Origin: Candidatus Adlerbacteria bacterium
GTDB taxonomy: Bacteria > Patescibacteriota > Minisyncoccia > Phycocordibacterales > SBAW01
Assembly: GCA_029288895.1 (NCBI GenBank)
Contig: JARIGK010000001.1
Span: 65,446 to 129,445, forward strand
Reading direction: 5' to 3'
Length of the DNA: 64,000 nucleotides
A program made the translations under genes and the position numbers. This document shows, piece after piece, positions 62,908-64,000 of this stretch. The notes beneath the pieces are model-generated. The model saw only the letters and a program-made list of their open reading frames with translations. It was not told the DNA's origin and searched no databases. The first letter of the stretch is position 1, and the number at the start of each line of letters is the position of its first letter.

Positions 62908-63282
62908 GTGATGCCAGAGAAAGATCAGGAATTTTTGGAGTTCGTCGTGAAGGGTTTGGTCGACCACCCAGAGGAGGTCAAGATCACCCGCACGGTCGAC
63001 GAGATGGGCGTTTTGCTCATGCTTGATTTGAATCAGGAAGATATGGGTAAGGTGATTGGCCGCTCGGGCAACACCGCAAAAGCTATCCGCACGCTCCTCC
63101 GCGTTGTCGGGATGAAGCACAATGCCCGCGTCAATTTGAAGATCAATGAGCCAGTTGGTGGCCGCTCACCAGAAGCTGGCGGTGGTTCAGGGAACACTGG
63201 CTGGGATGGCTCACACGAAGCTGCCGCAGCTCCGCAAATGAAGTCGATCGATGAGGCAATGGAATCCCTCGGCGATTTCTAA
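62908..63282 (+). CDS. KH-domain RNA-binding protein (YlqC/UPF0109 family).
   Basis: KVIGRSGNTAKAIRTLL (GxxG KH motif). The family is commonly found downstream of rpsP. Confidence 0.8.
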   Translation: MMPEKDQEFLEFVVKGLVDHPEEVKITRTVDEMGVLLMLDLNQEDMGKVIGRSGNTAKAIRTLLRVVGMKHNARVNLKINEPVGGRSPEAGGGSGNTGWDGSHEAAAAPQMKSIDEAMESLGDF

Positions 63283-63336
63283 AACTCTTTTGCAAAAGAA
63301 AATGCCCTCGGAGTTTCCTCCGGGGGCGTTTTTGTT

Positions 63337-63981
63337 TTAGGCGGCCAACAGAGTGGGCTCAGTCGGCGTCTCGACGAAAGGTACGAGAAGCCTGTCGAGC
63401 ATGCCTTCTATGCAATTGCGAGCAATCAAAGGATCGCTCTGCAGGAGATTGACCCAGTGCTCCACCTGCTTGCTCAGCAACTTTCGTTGACGCCGCTTTG
63501 TGCGATTTGTCTTGTACGTTTCGGAAGCCGCAGAAACAGCACGACGAAGTTCGACAAGGCGGTCGAACTCGGAAATGTGTCCTTCGGGTATCGACGGACG
63601 AATAAGTGCCACCGTCCCCAAGCAAAAAGTCGATTTGTTGTTCCTGAAGAAACGAAGGAACGCTTTTTCGACTAAAGACTTGAGTGTCGGCGCCGGAATG
63701 GTCCGAGTGAGGTTATAGAGAACCCCCGGCTTCTCGATGAAGATATCGATAGCCCGATTGAGATTGCGGCTCGGCAGCCGGTATTCGACGATGAATTCGC
63801 CGAACCACGAAGTGAACTCGGGATAGGCAAGCATGAAGGGAGCCATCCTCGCGTTCTGCGGACCGATAAGGTAGCGACGAAATTTCTCCTTGCGGGCCGC
63901 AGTGAAGCCAGCCAGCATTTTTTTCGCAAGTCTATGCGGAAGAAAGAAATCCATTGGCAAATCGTGGCGATTGCCCAACAT
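63337..63981 (-). CDS. Hypothetical protein. The reading frame is open beyond the annotated ATG to the window edge, so it may be 5'-partial.
   Basis: 214-aa ORF with no stop between 63982 and 64000 in frame. Confidence 0.35.
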   Translation of the reverse strand: MLGNRHDLPMDFFLPHRLAKKMLAGFTAARKEKFRRYLIGPQNARMAPFMLAYPEFTSWFGEFIVEYRLPSRNLNRAIDIFIEKPGVLYNLTRTIPAPTLKSLVEKAFLRFFRNNKSTFCLGTVALIRPSIPEGHISEFDRLVELRRAVSAASETYKTNRTKRRQRKLLSKQVEHWVNLLQSDPLIARNCIEGMLDRLLVPFVETPTEPTLLAA

Positions 63982-64000
63982 GAAATCACGCTCTTCCGTC

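Noticed and set aside
1-64000. CRISPR arrays, rRNA genes, transposases or integrases.
   Set aside because: No direct-repeat/spacer periodicity, no rRNA-like conserved stretches and no transposase- or integrase-like ORFs (DDE or tyrosine-recombinase motifs) were seen. The only mobile-looking signal is the rnr 3'-end duplication, reported separately.

Overview
This 64 kb window is one densely packed bacterial chromosomal segment with moderately high GC. Many housekeeping proteins are unusually short or split (pheT 603 aa, thrS 404 aa without N-terminal domains, EF-Ts 151 aa, dnaE 1012 aa, smc about 740 aa, transketolase split into two genes, a NusB-NUDIX fusion). I read this as a streamlined genome of the CPR/Patescibacteria type with a Gram-positive-like envelope, since a sortase is present; this is inference only.

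Layout:
- 1 to 23 kb: accessory cell-surface region. It holds a 5'-partial giant repeat protein and a three-gene cassette (small exported peptide, 110-150 aa protein, PaaK-like adenylate-forming enzyme) that occurs twice (2.8-4.7 kb and 14.8-16.6 kb). Cassette 2 is flanked on both sides by paralogous 531/546-aa membrane-anchored proteins. The region also holds tandem alkaline-phosphatase-superfamily paralogs, three tandem secreted-domain paralogs and four paralogs of a Cys/His-repeat exported family.
- 23 to 43.8 kb: core carbon metabolism (gap, rpiB, rpe, split tkt, pfkB kinase, fba), translation genes (rplY, rpmE, prfA, rpsB, tsf, pheST, tRNA-Thr) and gyrB.
- 43.8 to 49.4 kb: a GC-rich island with a sortase and two low-complexity substrates that share a conserved [IV]PYTGLDxG-TM-KR(V/M)H...LFGE C-terminal module.
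- 49.4 to 64 kb: thrS preceded by a T-box leader, then dnaE, rnhB, rpmF, nusB-nudix, rnc, short smc, rnr, rpsP and a KH-domain protein.

Recurring signals:
- A TATACT-type -10 box sits 6-8 nt upstream of many start codons, implying leaderless mRNAs. The perfect palindrome AGTATACT serves as a bidirectional -10 in four short divergent intergenic regions.
- A 90-bp duplication of the rnr 3' end, containing a plus-strand terminator hairpin embedded in rnr coding sequence, flanks a small membrane-protein gene.

The most likely novel system is the duplicated peptide / small-protein / PaaK-like ligase cassette, whose peptides share a conserved C-terminus (E/D-RVY-x3-CGG-[LV]-F-COOH).
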